64,000 bases of DNA from Balanoglossus misakiensis (lineage: Eukaryota > Animalia > Hemichordata): positions 5,047,808 to 5,111,807 of the forward strand of contig CM082585.2 of assembly GCA_040954595.2 (NCBI GenBank). Direction: 5' to 3'. The position numbers and the translations under genes were made by a program. Each line of letters starts with the position of its first letter. The stretch's first letter is position 1. The notes below the pieces were generated by a model. That model saw only the letters and a program-made list of their open reading frames with translations, had not been told where the DNA came from and did no database searches. This document shows, in pieces, positions 38,651-51,700 of the stretch.

Positions 38651-41600
38651 ACAACATTATTAATGTGCACAATAATAACTAATCTTCATTATCAAGGATT
38701 CATATTTTATACTGAATCATTTACACAAGGGGTACTCCTGTTTAATATTTAATTTGAAACATTATCAAACCTTATCCTGCAAACACTAAAATTATTATTT
38801 TTCAGCAGTAATATACATCTGATACTATTACAGGCCCTGTCTATTATTGATTAAAAGGTTCTGTCTTATCTCATAGTCTACAAACTACAATCTTACCTTT
38901 TTGATAAACCCAATTTGTCTTTCAATTTTCATTCATTTTAAGAAAAATAACTGCTCCATTTTCAACACAACCATACTGAATATAGCATATGCTTACCATA
39001 TTTTGCAGCAGGCCAGTATTTGCAGTTCTGCACAATCCAGGTGCCAAGCAAAACAATAAAATACATAGTATAAATAAATAAATAAAAAATGTTACTTCCC
39101 TACTCAAAGATCAGCTGTAGTAATTTGTATCCATTTCTGTAATCTTCAACTTTTCCCAACAAGTCATGTCAGCTAGATCACATGGAAAGCTCCTGCAATT
39201 AAGAAAATTGAGCACAAAATCAAAACTTTCGAACAGTATAGAAATCATGGGTGAGTGACAGAAATGTAGAAGATATGGATGGTAAAGCAGGGACTATCAC
39301 AAGTGCTGTACATGTATGTGCGTTTTTGACTGCAAGGAACATTCCTTTAGAAAACGCTGTAGGTTTTGGCATTGATGGTGCTGGGTAGTCCAGACTGGTG
39401 AATTGAATGGGGTTTTAGCATTTTCCTTCTGTTTTCCCAACCTTCTGCTGTTCAATAAAAATGTAATTGGAGCCCACGCACATGTTCTACTACCATTATT
39501 TATACCAGCATGCAGGTCATCATGGTTTTTTGTTAATTTAAATAACAAGTGAAATACTAGTAGTTTGACACATCAGAAGTGCTGTTTACACCAACCAAAT
39601 CTCTTTCAATCGGAATTCAATATTTAGTGGCTAGAATGAAAGAATTTTTTTTTGAAATGTACAAATAGATATACAAGAAACGTGCATTGCAAATCATATC
39701 AGGTTCCCATGAAAAAATCTACAGGAAATGATCACCCCCCCCCCCCCCCGAACTATCAGACGGGAAAAATATTAACACCCTCAGACATTGTGATGTCCCG
39801 TAGAAACACTTGGCTTTTCTGGAGCCAAAGTGGCAACTTTCTTCGAATGAGCCACTTTTTGTATTTATTTACCACATTTTCTGTAATTCAGTTGCGCACA
39901 ACTGAACCAGGAAAGTGTCCAACCTGTTGAAGATGGCTAGTATAGGAAGGATTACGTCACGGCATAAAAAACATGATAAATACAATGTAATACTCACTGA
40001 ATCAGTCAAGAAGTAGACCAACGACATGCCATGCACACTGTGTTCCATCTTTAGAGCGGACTCCAGCAAGAAAATTGGATTCAAACGCGTACACAAATCA
40101 CGACGCAATATTCTCCAGGTTCTGTGACGACATCCAATCCATCTCGAATATTCCCTGCGCCATGACACATTATGACGTCATCGTGTGAAGTCCCATTATG
40201 TTCCATTCCAACGCGTTGGACAATATTTCCACTCACTGTCCGCGATAGAAACACACTAGAAACTTCTACTGTCTATGATAAATCTTGATCCCGGACCTCT
40301 CGCGAATACTTGGAACCAGTATTTCATGAATAATATTTCCATTCCGAGGGATGGGCGCTCCAATTCAAACCAAGCGATGGAAGTTCACTTCAAACCGACC
40401 GCCATGATATGACGTAGGCAAGGAAACATCGCCCCCAACGTCACGGAAAAGTATCAGTTAGGTTTTTGTTTATTCACAGTTTCGAGTACCACGGGTTTAA
40501 CGGTTTTGGACAGCGTAATCTTTTCTGTGGGCAACAAATTTAATTCTTTTGAGATGAATTTTCCTACATTTGAGTAATATTTTAAAATTTAGTCAAAAAA
40601 AACTAAACAGTTGTGTAAAAAATACGAGAAAGAAAGCATCAAAATTGAGGTCGCAAATTAGTGTCGAAGAATATTTTTACGTGAGCGCACAATTTGCAAA
40701 TATATAATTTTCAGCTATGGTAGAGTGAAACATTTTTCCTGCCAAACACAAGTTTTAACAAGTTAATACAAATATATAGAAATGCTCATGTCCATACGTA
40801 AGGGAGTTTTGGGATAAATCTAAAAAGCTATATGGTAACACTCTTCCAGATATTTTGTGTCTCTGGATGAGTTTAGTGTGGATGTTAATTTGGTCTTCAC
40901 CCTGTGAAAAAGTCTCTTGCACTAAACCATGTCGTTCTGATAGCAAAATATCATTTGTATTCGAAACGATTGTGTAATATTAGATCGTCTGTTGCAATTG
41001 AAATTTTAATATACGTCAAAGAGGCAAAAATATGAGAACGGAAAAAAAACTTCCGAATCGGTTTTTCACCGGAAATGGAATGTCTTGAAACATCTTCTAA
41101 ACGAATAAATTTTTATTCGTCGTTTCAAACCCAGATTGGTTAATTACTGATATGCACAGACATATTATTATCATAACATATTTTTGTGGCAAGTACATTT
41201 AAATAATCCGCCTGAGAAAATGACCGTAAATTGGATCGTATCAGACGTGACTGCTCACAGAATCGTTTTTGGTTCAAACATGCATGTATTGAAGCATGAA
41301 CAGTTGATTAGAAGGAGACTTCTGTCTATATCTATGGACAATGGTATGGCATATAGTCCGATGAAACTTGAGAGATTTGTCGACAAATCCCATCATACTT
41401 TAATAGGAATTCTCTTGATTTGTGTCAACGTTATCTTTTTGGCATTTCTCGTGGAAGCACAGTAAAATCAATTGGACATGCGGAAAATTACTGCTTTCAG
41501 TTTCTCATATTCTGAAAATCTTGCCTACAACAGGATGCCACTTTTCTTGCAGGATGAGGCAGATTGTTTTTGAGAGACACTGATTCCTCATACAACGTGC

Positions 41601-41813
41601 GTGACACAAGGTGCGCGACGTAAAATACTGTGTTGGACTATGCTCCTCTGAAACGCGTCACGTGATGCGTTCCCATTAAGAGGACAAAGAATCATTCTGT
41701 TTGTCATGACAACGGTATTCCATTTGCCCTCATTGTTACAACTGTCGCAGTCATCGCTCGGCGTTGCAATTTGTGAATATGGTGTTTATGGCTATCACTG
41801 AAAAGTAACCAAA

Positions 41814-42635
41814 ATGGGACTGTTAAGTCTAATCTTCGCTCTAGCAGCCAACTTTGCAAGTGCAGTATATGGTTGGGTGCATTCTGTACCCATCGTTGGA
41901 GCATATTTGACAACTTTTGATGAGTTCTTCTTGAGAATTTGTGAAGTTCCAATCGTAGTTCGTGTTCGCCGTGCCGTCAAAGTCATTTGGGACTTGTATC
42001 TGAGCATGATGAAAGTTGTATTATTCATCGTTTTCTGGCCGATTTGTGTCCCTGTTTGGATCGTTAGGAAACTGATCACCAGACAACGAGGCGGGGACCT
42101 GGAGGATGCGGCTGACACAAGAGTGGTCAATCGTCTCGCATCCGCGCTGAGACGTTTTGTCGTCAGTCTACCAGTGGTCGGACCAGTAATTGTCTGGTTG
42201 GAAAACGCGACTCCACGTTTTGTACAAGTCGTCCGAGTCATCGTTTGGATTTTCTTAAATCCAAGCGAGTTCATCGAAAAGATAGAATCTTTCGACGCCA
42301 GACTCGTTGAATTGGAAGAGAGTGTTGCAGACTCTTCCGAGAAACTGGACGAGGTGAAACGTGATGTGTCGAACGAATGCAGGGAAATCGTCGAGCGACA
42401 CTCTCAAGACGTGGACAGACGTATCGAACAAATTCACCGCGTCGCATCGCTACCAACACCAAGTTGCATTTCACCATCCATTGGAAACACCTCGACCTCT
42501 GCTGTGGACAATTATGACAACGAGTCGGAAGGCGACGCTGCAGCTGAACCACTGCACGTTCGAGTACAGGAGAATGCTGCCAACTCACGCCTTGGACTAG
42601 CGACCGCCAAGAGATGGTTTTTCGCTCGAAAGTGA
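41814..42635 (+). CDS. Intronless orphan protein, 273 aa: hydrophobic/amphipathic N-terminal half, predicted coiled coil, acidic tail
   Basis: ATG in aaaATGG context; GC-richer than its flanks; AATAAA at ~42730; E-box GTCACGTGAT and Inr-like TCATTCT upstream. No recognised family. Confidence 0.65.
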   Translation: MGLLSLIFALAANFASAVYGWVHSVPIVGAYLTTFDEFFLRICEVPIVVRVRRAVKVIWDLYLSMMKVVLFIVFWPICVPVWIVRKLITRQRGGDLEDAADTRVVNRLASALRRFVVSLPVVGPVIVWLENATPRFVQVVRVIVWIFLNPSEFIEKIESFDARLVELEESVADSSEKLDEVKRDVSNECREIVERHSQDVDRRIEQIHRVASLPTPSCISPSIGNTSTSAVDNYDNESEGDAAAEPLHVRVQENAANSRLGLATAKRWFFARK

Positions 42636-43139
42636 GCTGGGAAGAACCCGTACCGTGTTTATCTTTAAAACTCCAGTACAGTCAATGATTCTTCTAATAG
42701 ATTGTCTGTATTGTGATCATCTTTATGTTAATAAAATTTGTGAAATTTCACACTTCGTAGTGTTAGTGATTCTGTAGCTAAATACGAAGAGATCAGATGT
42801 GAACAGATGAAAACAGGAGCAGCAAATTTCTTGATTCTGGTCAATTTGATCATCATGTTCAATCATCGCACTAGCAGCCTACTTTGCAACTGCAGTATAC
42901 AGACTGTATATGGTTGGCTGCATTATGTACCCGTCAAAATCAATTAACACAGAAGATGTAATTGTATATCTGAAGATTTTTTTTAATTTTTACTTGCATA
43001 AGATAACATTTATAGATTTCCAACAATAAAAACAAACAAAAAAGTCTATAGCAGTTAACACATTTTGCACTTACTTAATCTCTACCTTTCTACGCCATAA
43101 CTTACATTGTTTGTCTAAGACACACTTTGATATATTTAA

Positions 43140-43490
43140 AGGGACAAAGTCTCTCCCTCGCTGCCCTTTTTCCATTAACTATGTTTGATACAAGACACCG
43201 TTTATATTATTCTACATGTGGATATATAGTGAATAAACATTCGACCACACACAACTTCAATGCTGTTTGTAGGATATGAGAATAAAAAAATCACGCCAAA
43301 ATAAATAAATGGTAGAGACCGATTATTCATTTTGGCGAGTTTTTCACTCTCATGTCTACAAGTTGGATGTAAGTTGCGTGTGGTTGAATGTTGATTCACT
43401 ATATATCCACATGAAGAATAACATAAATGGTGTATTGTATCAAACATAATTAACAGAAAAATGGCAGCGAGAGAGAGAGACTTTGTCTCT
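43140..43490. mobile_element. Palindromic ~350-bp MITE with TTAA TSD and AGGGACAAAG termini (Kolobok-like)
   Basis: ttaa|agggacaaagtctctc ... gagagactttgtctct|ttaa; nearly the whole element is an inverted repeat. Confidence 0.8.
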
Positions 43491-45147
43491 TTAACATGAA
43501 ATACACACAGTGTAATGCATTGCTGTCCAGACACACTGTAACACCAATGCATCATTCATCACAAATCAGTTTATGCAAGTAAACCACAATTTGGCAGAAT
43601 TCAATTCTTTGCAACTCCAACAAATCGCTGGCAAAAGAGTTCCTCTTGGCAAAATATACAGCGCAGAAACAAAATGCAATCTAGTTCATACAACAGGTTT
43701 ATTTACATTCACGAGCAACTGTTGCAGATGAGGCCAATTGCGACACATAGTACATTAGATAAAATGGTAGTTTGTACTTGCAGACACCCGAACAGACTAA
43801 ACTGACATGATACTCTTATATTCTATTAACATCATGGTGGTAACACCACAGGCAACTAGAAAATTTGGGTTGCTTTTAGCTATACAAGTATTGTCCATGT
43901 CATTTCAACAGGTGTGCAGAAATACATGTAAATTGTACATGTATATACAACTATGCTTTGTTCATACCACCACTCATGTGCGTAACTTTTTTAACCCAAA
44001 GTGTTATGCGACAACACTACTGATCCATACGGGATTCACTTCAGACAATGGCACAATGATGTCAAAACAACCAAGTGGTTGGTTTGGATTTCGAGCTCTC
44101 ACGCTACCCTCTATTTTACAAATTAACTCACAATCTGTGATATCTAACACTAGATGCAATGCTTGTATGTGTTGCGCAAATTCAAAGTAAACACTGCAGA
44201 ATACCACATGGCTTGATCACAAGCCATGTCACAAGGACAGTGTAGTACATAAAAGCAGCACTGTACTGTGTCAAAAAATTCAACTCTATCATTAAACAGA
44301 CAACACTAGTCTTGTAAATGAACCAAAACATAGTCCAATTTCAGCAAACACTGAAAGTAACAAAATCGAGCAACACCAAAATGTATAGCACACAAAACTA
44401 TTATTTGCTGCAACCATGTCAGATGAATTACAAAAATTTAAAATGTGCCATGACCCATTATCAATAAAGGAGTTCTGGCAGACTATTGAATTTTTTGAAA
44501 AGTGTCGCCAAACATCTGTTTGAGGATATACGCTGAGATGTTTTTAGCAAGACCATTCTATTTGCAGTCACTATCACTGACAAACACAAAAACCATTTCA
44601 ACTTGACCTTGTAAAATTTGTCATTGTCGCAGTGAATGACCTATGGCATATATGATTTGGTTTACCAAAGACAAAGTGCCAGTATTGCTCAAGTAGTCTG
44701 AAAATACATATTTGTAACAGACAATATGCATGCAATAAGTCACACAATTTTCAGCCATCTTAATTATCACAAGATACTGGCACGTAAAGTTTGAATTTAA
44801 ATAGCAAATATAAACACATGTCAAAATAAAGTCTAGGGAAAGTTTTGGGAGAACTGGCAGTCATATATAATCATGTGACTTTAACTACATATTGGGAGGG
44901 GGGGACTAGCTTGGGTATGCTACCATAGATAATTGATACAAATGTTACTTTGAATAAATACTAGAATGCCGTGTTTAGAGATGCAATACATCCTCAAGAT
45001 AAGATATCACAAACTGTGATGTGCCCTAAAGACCTACAGGACATCAAGACAATGCACACTTTATGCCAACATGGCACAACGTTGATACTTTCCAGAACAA
45101 AATTACTGCCTTAACCCTTTCACCCCCTATTCACTCTTTAGAGGTCC

Positions 45148-45951
45148 ATCTTCGCTCTAGCAGCCAACTTTGCAAGTGCAGTATATGGTTGGGTGCATTC
45201 TGTACCCATCGTTGGAGCATATTTGACAACTTTTGATGAGTTCTTCTTGAGAATTTGTGAAGTTCCAATCGTAGTTCGTGTTCGCCGTGCCGTCAAAGTC
45301 ATTTGGGACTTGTATCTGAGCATGATGAAAGTTGTATTATTCATCGTTTTCTGGCCGATTTGTGTCCCTGTTTGGATCGTTAGGAAACTGATCACCAGAC
45401 AACGAGGCGGGGACCTGGAGGATGCGGCTGACACAAGAGTGGTCAATCGTCTCGCATCCGCGCTGAGACGTTTTGTCGTCAGTCTACCAGTGGTCGGACC
45501 AGTAATTGTCTGGTTGGAAAACGCGACTCCACGTTTTGTACAAGTCGTCCGAGTCATCGTTTGGATTTTCTTAAATCCAAGCGAGTTCATCGAAAAGATA
45601 GAATCTTTCGACGCCAGACTCGTTGAATTGGAAGAGAGTGTTGCAGACTCTTCCGAGAAACTGGACGAGGTGAAACGTGATGTGTCGAACGAATGCAGGG
45701 AAATCGTCGAGCGACACTCTCAAGACGTGGACAGACGTATCGAACAAATTCACCGCGTCGCATCGCTACCAACACCAAGTTGCATTTCACCATCCATTGG
45801 AAACACCTCGACCTCTGCTGTGGACAATTATGACAACGAGTCGGAAGGCGACGCTGCAGCTGAACCACTGCACGTTCGAGTACAGGAGAATGCTGCCAAC
45901 TCACGCCTTGGACTAGCGACCGCCAAGAGATGGTTTTTCGCTCGAAAGTGA
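45148..45951 (+). pseudogene. 5'-truncated duplicate of the 273-aa orphan ORF (lacks promoter and first 6 codons)
   Basis: Appears identical to 41832-42635. An in-frame TAG lies just upstream (45139-45141), and the first in-frame ATG is internal (MMKVV). Confidence 0.7.
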
Positions 45952-46455
45952 GCTGGGAAGAACCCGTACCGTGTTTATCTTTAAAACTCCAGTACAGTCA
46001 ATGATTCTTCTAATAGATTGTCTGTATTGTGATCATCTTTATGTTAATAAAATTTGTGAAATTTCACACTTCGTAGTGTTAGTGATTCTGTAGCTAAATA
46101 CGAAGAGATCAGATGTGAACAGATGAAAACAGGAGCAGCAAATTTCTTGATTCTGGTCAATTTGATCATCATGTTCAATCATCGCACTAGCAGCCTACTT
46201 TGCAACTGCAGTATACAGACTGTATATGGTTGGCTGCATTATGTACCCGTCAAAATCAATTAACACAGAAGATGTAATTGTATATCTGAAGATTTTTTTT
46301 AATTTTTACTTGCATAAGATAACATTTATAGATTTCCAACAATAAAAACAAACAAAAAAGTCTATAGCAGTTAACACATTTTGCACTTACTTAATCTCTA
46401 CCTTTCTACGCCATAACTTACATTGTTTGTCTAAGACACACTTTGATATATTTAA

Positions 46456-46808
46456 AGGGACAAAGTCTCTCCCTCACTGCCCTTTTTCCATTAATTATGT
46501 TTGATACAAGACACTGTTTATATTATTCTACATGTGGATATATAGTGAATCAATGTTTGACCACTCACAACTTCCATCCGGCTTGTATGATATGAGAGTA
46601 TAAATCACGCCAAAATAAATTAATGGTAAACACCGATTATTCATTTTGGCGAGTGTTTTTCACTCTCGTGTCTACAAACAGGATGGAAGTTGTGTGTGGT
46701 CGAACGTTGATTCACTATATATCCACATGTAGAATAATATAAATGGTGTATTGTATCAAATATAATTATTGGAAAAATGGCAGCGAGAGAGAGAGAGACT
46801 TTGTCCCT
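46456..46808. mobile_element. Palindromic TTAA MITE (Kolobok-like), copy in duplication unit 2
   Basis: ttaa|agggacaaagtctct ... agagactttgtccct|ttaa. Confidence 0.85.
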
Positions 46809-48447
46809 TTAAAATGAAATACACACAGTGTCATGCAGTGCTGTCCAGACACACTGTAACACCAATGCATCATTCATCACAAATCAGATAATGCAAGTAA
46901 ACCACAATTTGGCAGAATTCAATTCTTTGCAACTCCAACAAATCGCTGGCAAAAAGAGTTCCCCTTGGCAAAATATACAGCGCAGAAACAAAATGCAATC
47001 TAGTTCATACAAGTTTTACTATTTACATTCACGAGCAAATGTAATGTTGCAGATGAGGCCAATTGCGACACATAGTACATGTACATTAGATAAAATGGAA
47101 GTTTGTACTTGTAGACACCAGAACAGACTGAAATTGACATGATACTCTTGTATTCTATCAACATCATGGTGGTAACATCACAGGCAACTGGAAAAGTTGG
47201 GTTGCTTTTAGCTTGGCCTTGTCATTTCAAAAGGCGTGCAGAATTACATGTACATTGTACATGTATACAACTATGCTTTGCTCATACCATCACTTATGTG
47301 CATAACTTTTTAACCAAAAGTGTTTTCCAACAAGACTAGGGATTCACTTCAGACGATGGCACCAAAGAATTGAAGATGGCGTCAAAATAACCGAGTGGTT
47401 GGTTTGGATTTCGAGCTCACGCTACCCTTTTTTTCTAATTTACAAATTAACTCACAATCTGTGACATCTAACACTAGATACAATGCTTGTATGTGTTGCG
47501 CAAATTCAAAGTAAACTCTGCAGAATACCACATGGCTTCATCACAAGCCATGTCACAAGGACAGTATAGTACATTAAAGCAACACTGTACTGTGTCAAAA
47601 AATTCAACTCTATCATTAAACAGACAACACTTGTAAATGAACCAAAACATAGTCCAATTTCAGCAAACACTGAAAGTAACAAAATCGAGCAACACCAAAA
47701 TGTATAGCACACAAAACTATTATTTGCTGTAACATTGTCAGATGAATTACAAAAGTTCTAAATGTGCCACGGCTCATTCATAAAGGAGTTAGGACAGACT
47801 ATTGAATTTTTTTGAAAAGTGTCACCAAACACCTGTTTGAGGATATACGCTGAGATGCAAGACCATTCTATTTTCAGTCACTGTCACTGACAAACACAAA
47901 ACCATGTCAACTTGACCTTGTAAAATTTGTCATTGTCGCAGTGAATGACCTATGGCATATATGATTTGGTTTTCCAAAGACAAAATGCCAGTATTGCTCA
48001 AGTAGTCTGAAATTACATATTTGTACAGACAATATGCATGCAATAAGTCACACAATTTTCAGCCATCTGAATTATCAGAAGATACTGGCAAAGTAAAGTT
48101 TGAATTTAAATAGCAAATATAAATACAAGTCAAATGAAAGTGTAGGGAAAGTTTTGGGAGAACTGGCAGTCATATATACATCATGTGACTTTAAATACAT
48201 ATTGGGGGGGGGGGGGGAACTGGCTTGGCTATGCTACCATAGATAATTGGTACAAGTGTTACTTTGAATAAATACTTGAAAATGAAAGTTATTTTATCCC
48301 CACAGTTAGAATGCCATGTTTCGAGATGCAATACATCCTCCAGATAAGATATCACAAACTGTGATGTGCCCTAAAGGACATCAAGACAATGCACACTTTA
48401 TGCCAACATGGCACACCTTTGATACTCTCCAAAACTAAATTACTGCC

Positions 48448-48540
48448 TTAACGCTTTCACCCCCTATTCACTCTTTAGAGGTCCAACTTTACAGTAGAGA
48501 ACAATGGGTTTGGACTGAACCATTGCAGTGAAAGGGTTAA
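48448..48540. mobile_element. ~90-bp TTAA MITE (piggyBac-like CCC..GGG ends); relatives at 45111-45147 (truncated), 50369-50450, 52918-53013, 55254-55345
   Basis: ttaac(c/g)ctttcacccc..gaggtccaac..aacaatgggtttggactgaaccat..gtgaaagggttaa. Confidence 0.75.
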
Positions 48541-48791
48541 AGAAAAGGCCAGCGATGCTCACTTTGGCCAGACTGGATCATGGACGGTGAATTTTTCTCT
48601 CAGCGGTCTGCGTCAAGATGCATTAGTTGGCAGAGAACCTTTTGGATGGAATGGAAGATATAGTGTTTTAAGACTGAAGATAGAAGACTAGAAAATAAAC
48701 TTGGCTTAGTAATGAACCACCCTTGGCAGATCAAACAGGATTTTGGGACTAGTTGCTTCTCTCCATTGTTGAATGTTTAAATGACGCAGTG

Positions 48792-51700
48792 TTAAGATTT
48801 CAATGCTTTGACTTCGTCCGTCATCATCTGCCGTTCATTCTCCTCAAAATCTGCCAACAATTCCTCCTCGCTCAGTCGTTTCTCAATGTCAATGTCATCA
48901 CACGGCGAACTCAAGCCGGAGCCTTGACCGTCGTCCTGTTCGATTCCCAAGTCCGTGTCACCGAAGTTCATCAATGTTCCAAAACCACCATCACCGTCTT
49001 CATTGTCTATGATGTCATCCAATACACTCATTCTGGATATTGTACCATCAGCTGTCAATCAACAAAAGTTCAAAGTTCAAGCTGTTAATGTCATAACACT
49101 TTATTTTACACTAGTGTATATTTTAAATCTGGTATTTAACATTTAACAATGACCATTACACACACAGGCTATGTTAACAAGTTGAGTACTGGGTATTTTA
49201 GAAGGCTACGTGGAGTAGAACAAAATATTACATTTGATACACATAACAAAAATACTGAAAAATTATGCTACAAGTTACTCCTAATCTCCCTTTAACATTT
49301 GAGAGACACAAATAACATGCAATGTTTCATATTTTCAAACCATTTTCATATTGAAACAGTCTTATTCAGATAAAAAGATGAACAGAAAACTATTTGATTG
49401 GCTTACCAGTAACTCTACCATCCTGTGACGCTAATTCCCATTCCAACTGATACAGAGCCTCGTTATCATCTTCGTCTTGACTACCGTGACCATCGTCGTC
49501 ATAGCGACTCATATCATCCCCATCCACTTCTATTCTACTGCTCGGCCTGGGAGGGCGCTCTAACCGCCTTCTTCCTCTCGTCTTCTTCGTATTGTTGGGT
49601 TTCCGTGGCTGCATCACACCCTCTGTGCTGGATTTATTACTCGCAGAAGTTGAATGTCTTTCCGACACTCTGGTACTTTGCTGAGGTTTATCTTTGTCTT
49701 TCACAGTGTTTTTAGATTCACTCACAGCGGGGTTTTCAGTTTTCGCTTTTCTTGCCGAAGCAGTTCTTTGTGCAGGGCGAGACTGCGACGCCGACAACGG
49801 GGGTCTACTTCGTAAGAGTGGCTCCGAATCTTCGTCCGACCACGTCTGCGGGGGCGGGGTTGTCAGGGGCCATGATGGCGGCTCGGTCGATGACTGCCGG
49901 TGTGCTCTTTCCAGGTTCGAATGTGAAGGCCCTTTGAGGAAGTCGGCGATGCCAAAATCTTGTCCAGTTACAAACTCCGGGTTGATGTCTTCGAGATGAC
50001 AGGATAAACTACTGGCTGGTCTCCACAACGCTGGTCCACCTAAACCACAAGAATTATGACATTTATAATGAAATATATTTTCAGAAAAGCTGAAACAACA
50101 ATCAACAATATTTCTTAAACATGGCAAAAATCTGCCATCTTGAAATAGTGTCGACCATATAATGAGATTTTCATCACTCACTTAGGTAGCAAAAACCTAT
50201 TTCAGGTAGCGAGAATAATTGTTGGCATACAATGGACATTCATTATCATCTATAGCCATTAATCATATTGGTAATTAAATACAATGTAAGCCGATACTAC
50301 TGAAATTTTCTGGTGAAAATATTCTCTACATTCGTGCTGCATTAATGGACAGATGAAATTAATATTCATTTAACCATTACACCCCCAGTTCCCTTATTAG
50401 AGGTCCAACCTAACCATAGAAAACAATGGGTTTGGACTGAACCATGCTTAAACTGCTTACCTTGGTACGTAGGTTGATTACTTGATAGTGACACATTTCT
50501 TTCCACTGTTTCTTCATTCTTGTCCGTTTGCTCCTTGACTCCCGCAGTGAAAAAGTCTGATAAGTTCTCCTTGTATGTATATTTTTCATCCTTTGCTTGT
50601 TGACTGACAAGTTTCAATCCCTCTGACGGTTCCGTGGTCAATCTGGCAGATGTCGGCCGGTGCGACGATGCAGCCGACGACTTTGTCGGTCGTTCGACCG
50701 AATCCTGAGTCTTGCTAGTTCTGGATTTGCTTCTCCTTTCATTTTTTGATTTAGTCCTGGGATTTGCCCCGTTCTCTGTCACACCTTTTGATTGCTTATT
50801 CCTTTGTGCTCTGTTTGCCACGGGCTCGCCTCTGTTTGCAGAGGGCTCACCTCTTTCCTTTCTGAGTTCCTGTTCGTCAGGTTTCACAACTTTCTTTTGT
50901 TGACCGGCTGTCTTCACACCGGACCTCACACGGCTGGATGGTCTAGAACTGTTTGGTTTTGTTGGTTTCAAAGGTATACTGTCCACACTTTTAGTTTCTT
51001 TCGTCTGCGAACTTGTCCCATTCCTTATTGCATCAGAAGAAACAGTATTCTCTTTCCTGCAAAATACAATGAAAATATTGCAGAATTTGGAATTATACTT
51101 TTTCCAAATCTGCTCAATTGATCACTTGACTCCTAACAATGCTTTAAAGGGACAAAGTCTCTCTCTCTCTCTGCCCTTTTTCCATTAATTATGTTTGATA
51201 CAAGACACAGTTTATGTTATTCAACATGTGGATATATACTGAATCAACATTCAACCACAACTTCCATCCGTTTGTAGGATATGAAAGTAAAATTCTCACC
51301 AAAATGAATAAACGGTTAACATTAGTCACCTTGTAAATGATGCTGCAGTATTCACAATAAATTCCTTATCATCATCATCTTCCTTGACAGAGTAAGTTGT
51401 TGCCTCTTCCAGTCCATCATTATCCACCGACTGAAACGATCAAAATTTGAAACGTGATTGTTACAGCTACTAAACTACTGTAAAAAGGGAAATTTTCACA
51501 ATATCAAAAGCGGCAAGTGTTACGCGACGATTAATTATCATGTTCTCATATTTCACTGCATCGTTATCTAAAAAACAACAACATATTTTTCCGCAACTTT
51601 TTATTTTCGTGTTTTTTTTTGCTCTCGTGTAGTTCGCAAAGTTCGAAAATTTCCTATTTTACAGTATATGTGTATCACAATGCAGACAATTACAGGGCTC

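Larger units (their letters stand above)
35360..40048 (-). other. Putative spliced transcript (lncRNA or microprotein); candidate exons ..40048-39998, 39027-38997, 35431-35360
   Basis: CpG-rich promoter-like region at 40000-40450, strong GTGAGT/GTAAGC donors, and a strong acceptor at 35431. Joined frame gives MEHSVHGMSLVYFLTDSNCKYWPAAKYGFNDAEYILLSRRQTGNQ.., with no recognised homology. Confidence 0.22.
41832..48484. repeat. Tandem segmental duplication, units 41832-45147 and 45148-48484 (offset 3316 bp over the ORF)
   Basis: Junction ..ctctttagaggtcc|atcttcgctctag at 45147/45148. The same ..gaggtcc ends unit 2 at 48484. Confidence 0.95.

Noticed and set aside
41795-42600. Overlapping minus-strand and alternative-frame ORFs across the orphan gene (and their copies at 45138-45916)
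   Set aside because: Shadow frames. Only the 273-aa + frame has a good start context, promoter-like motifs, a polyA signal and protein-like composition.
49390-50986. 263-aa and 206-aa ORFs as independent genes
   Set aside because: They are internal ZBBX exons (50039-49407 and 51056-50461) read through into introns.
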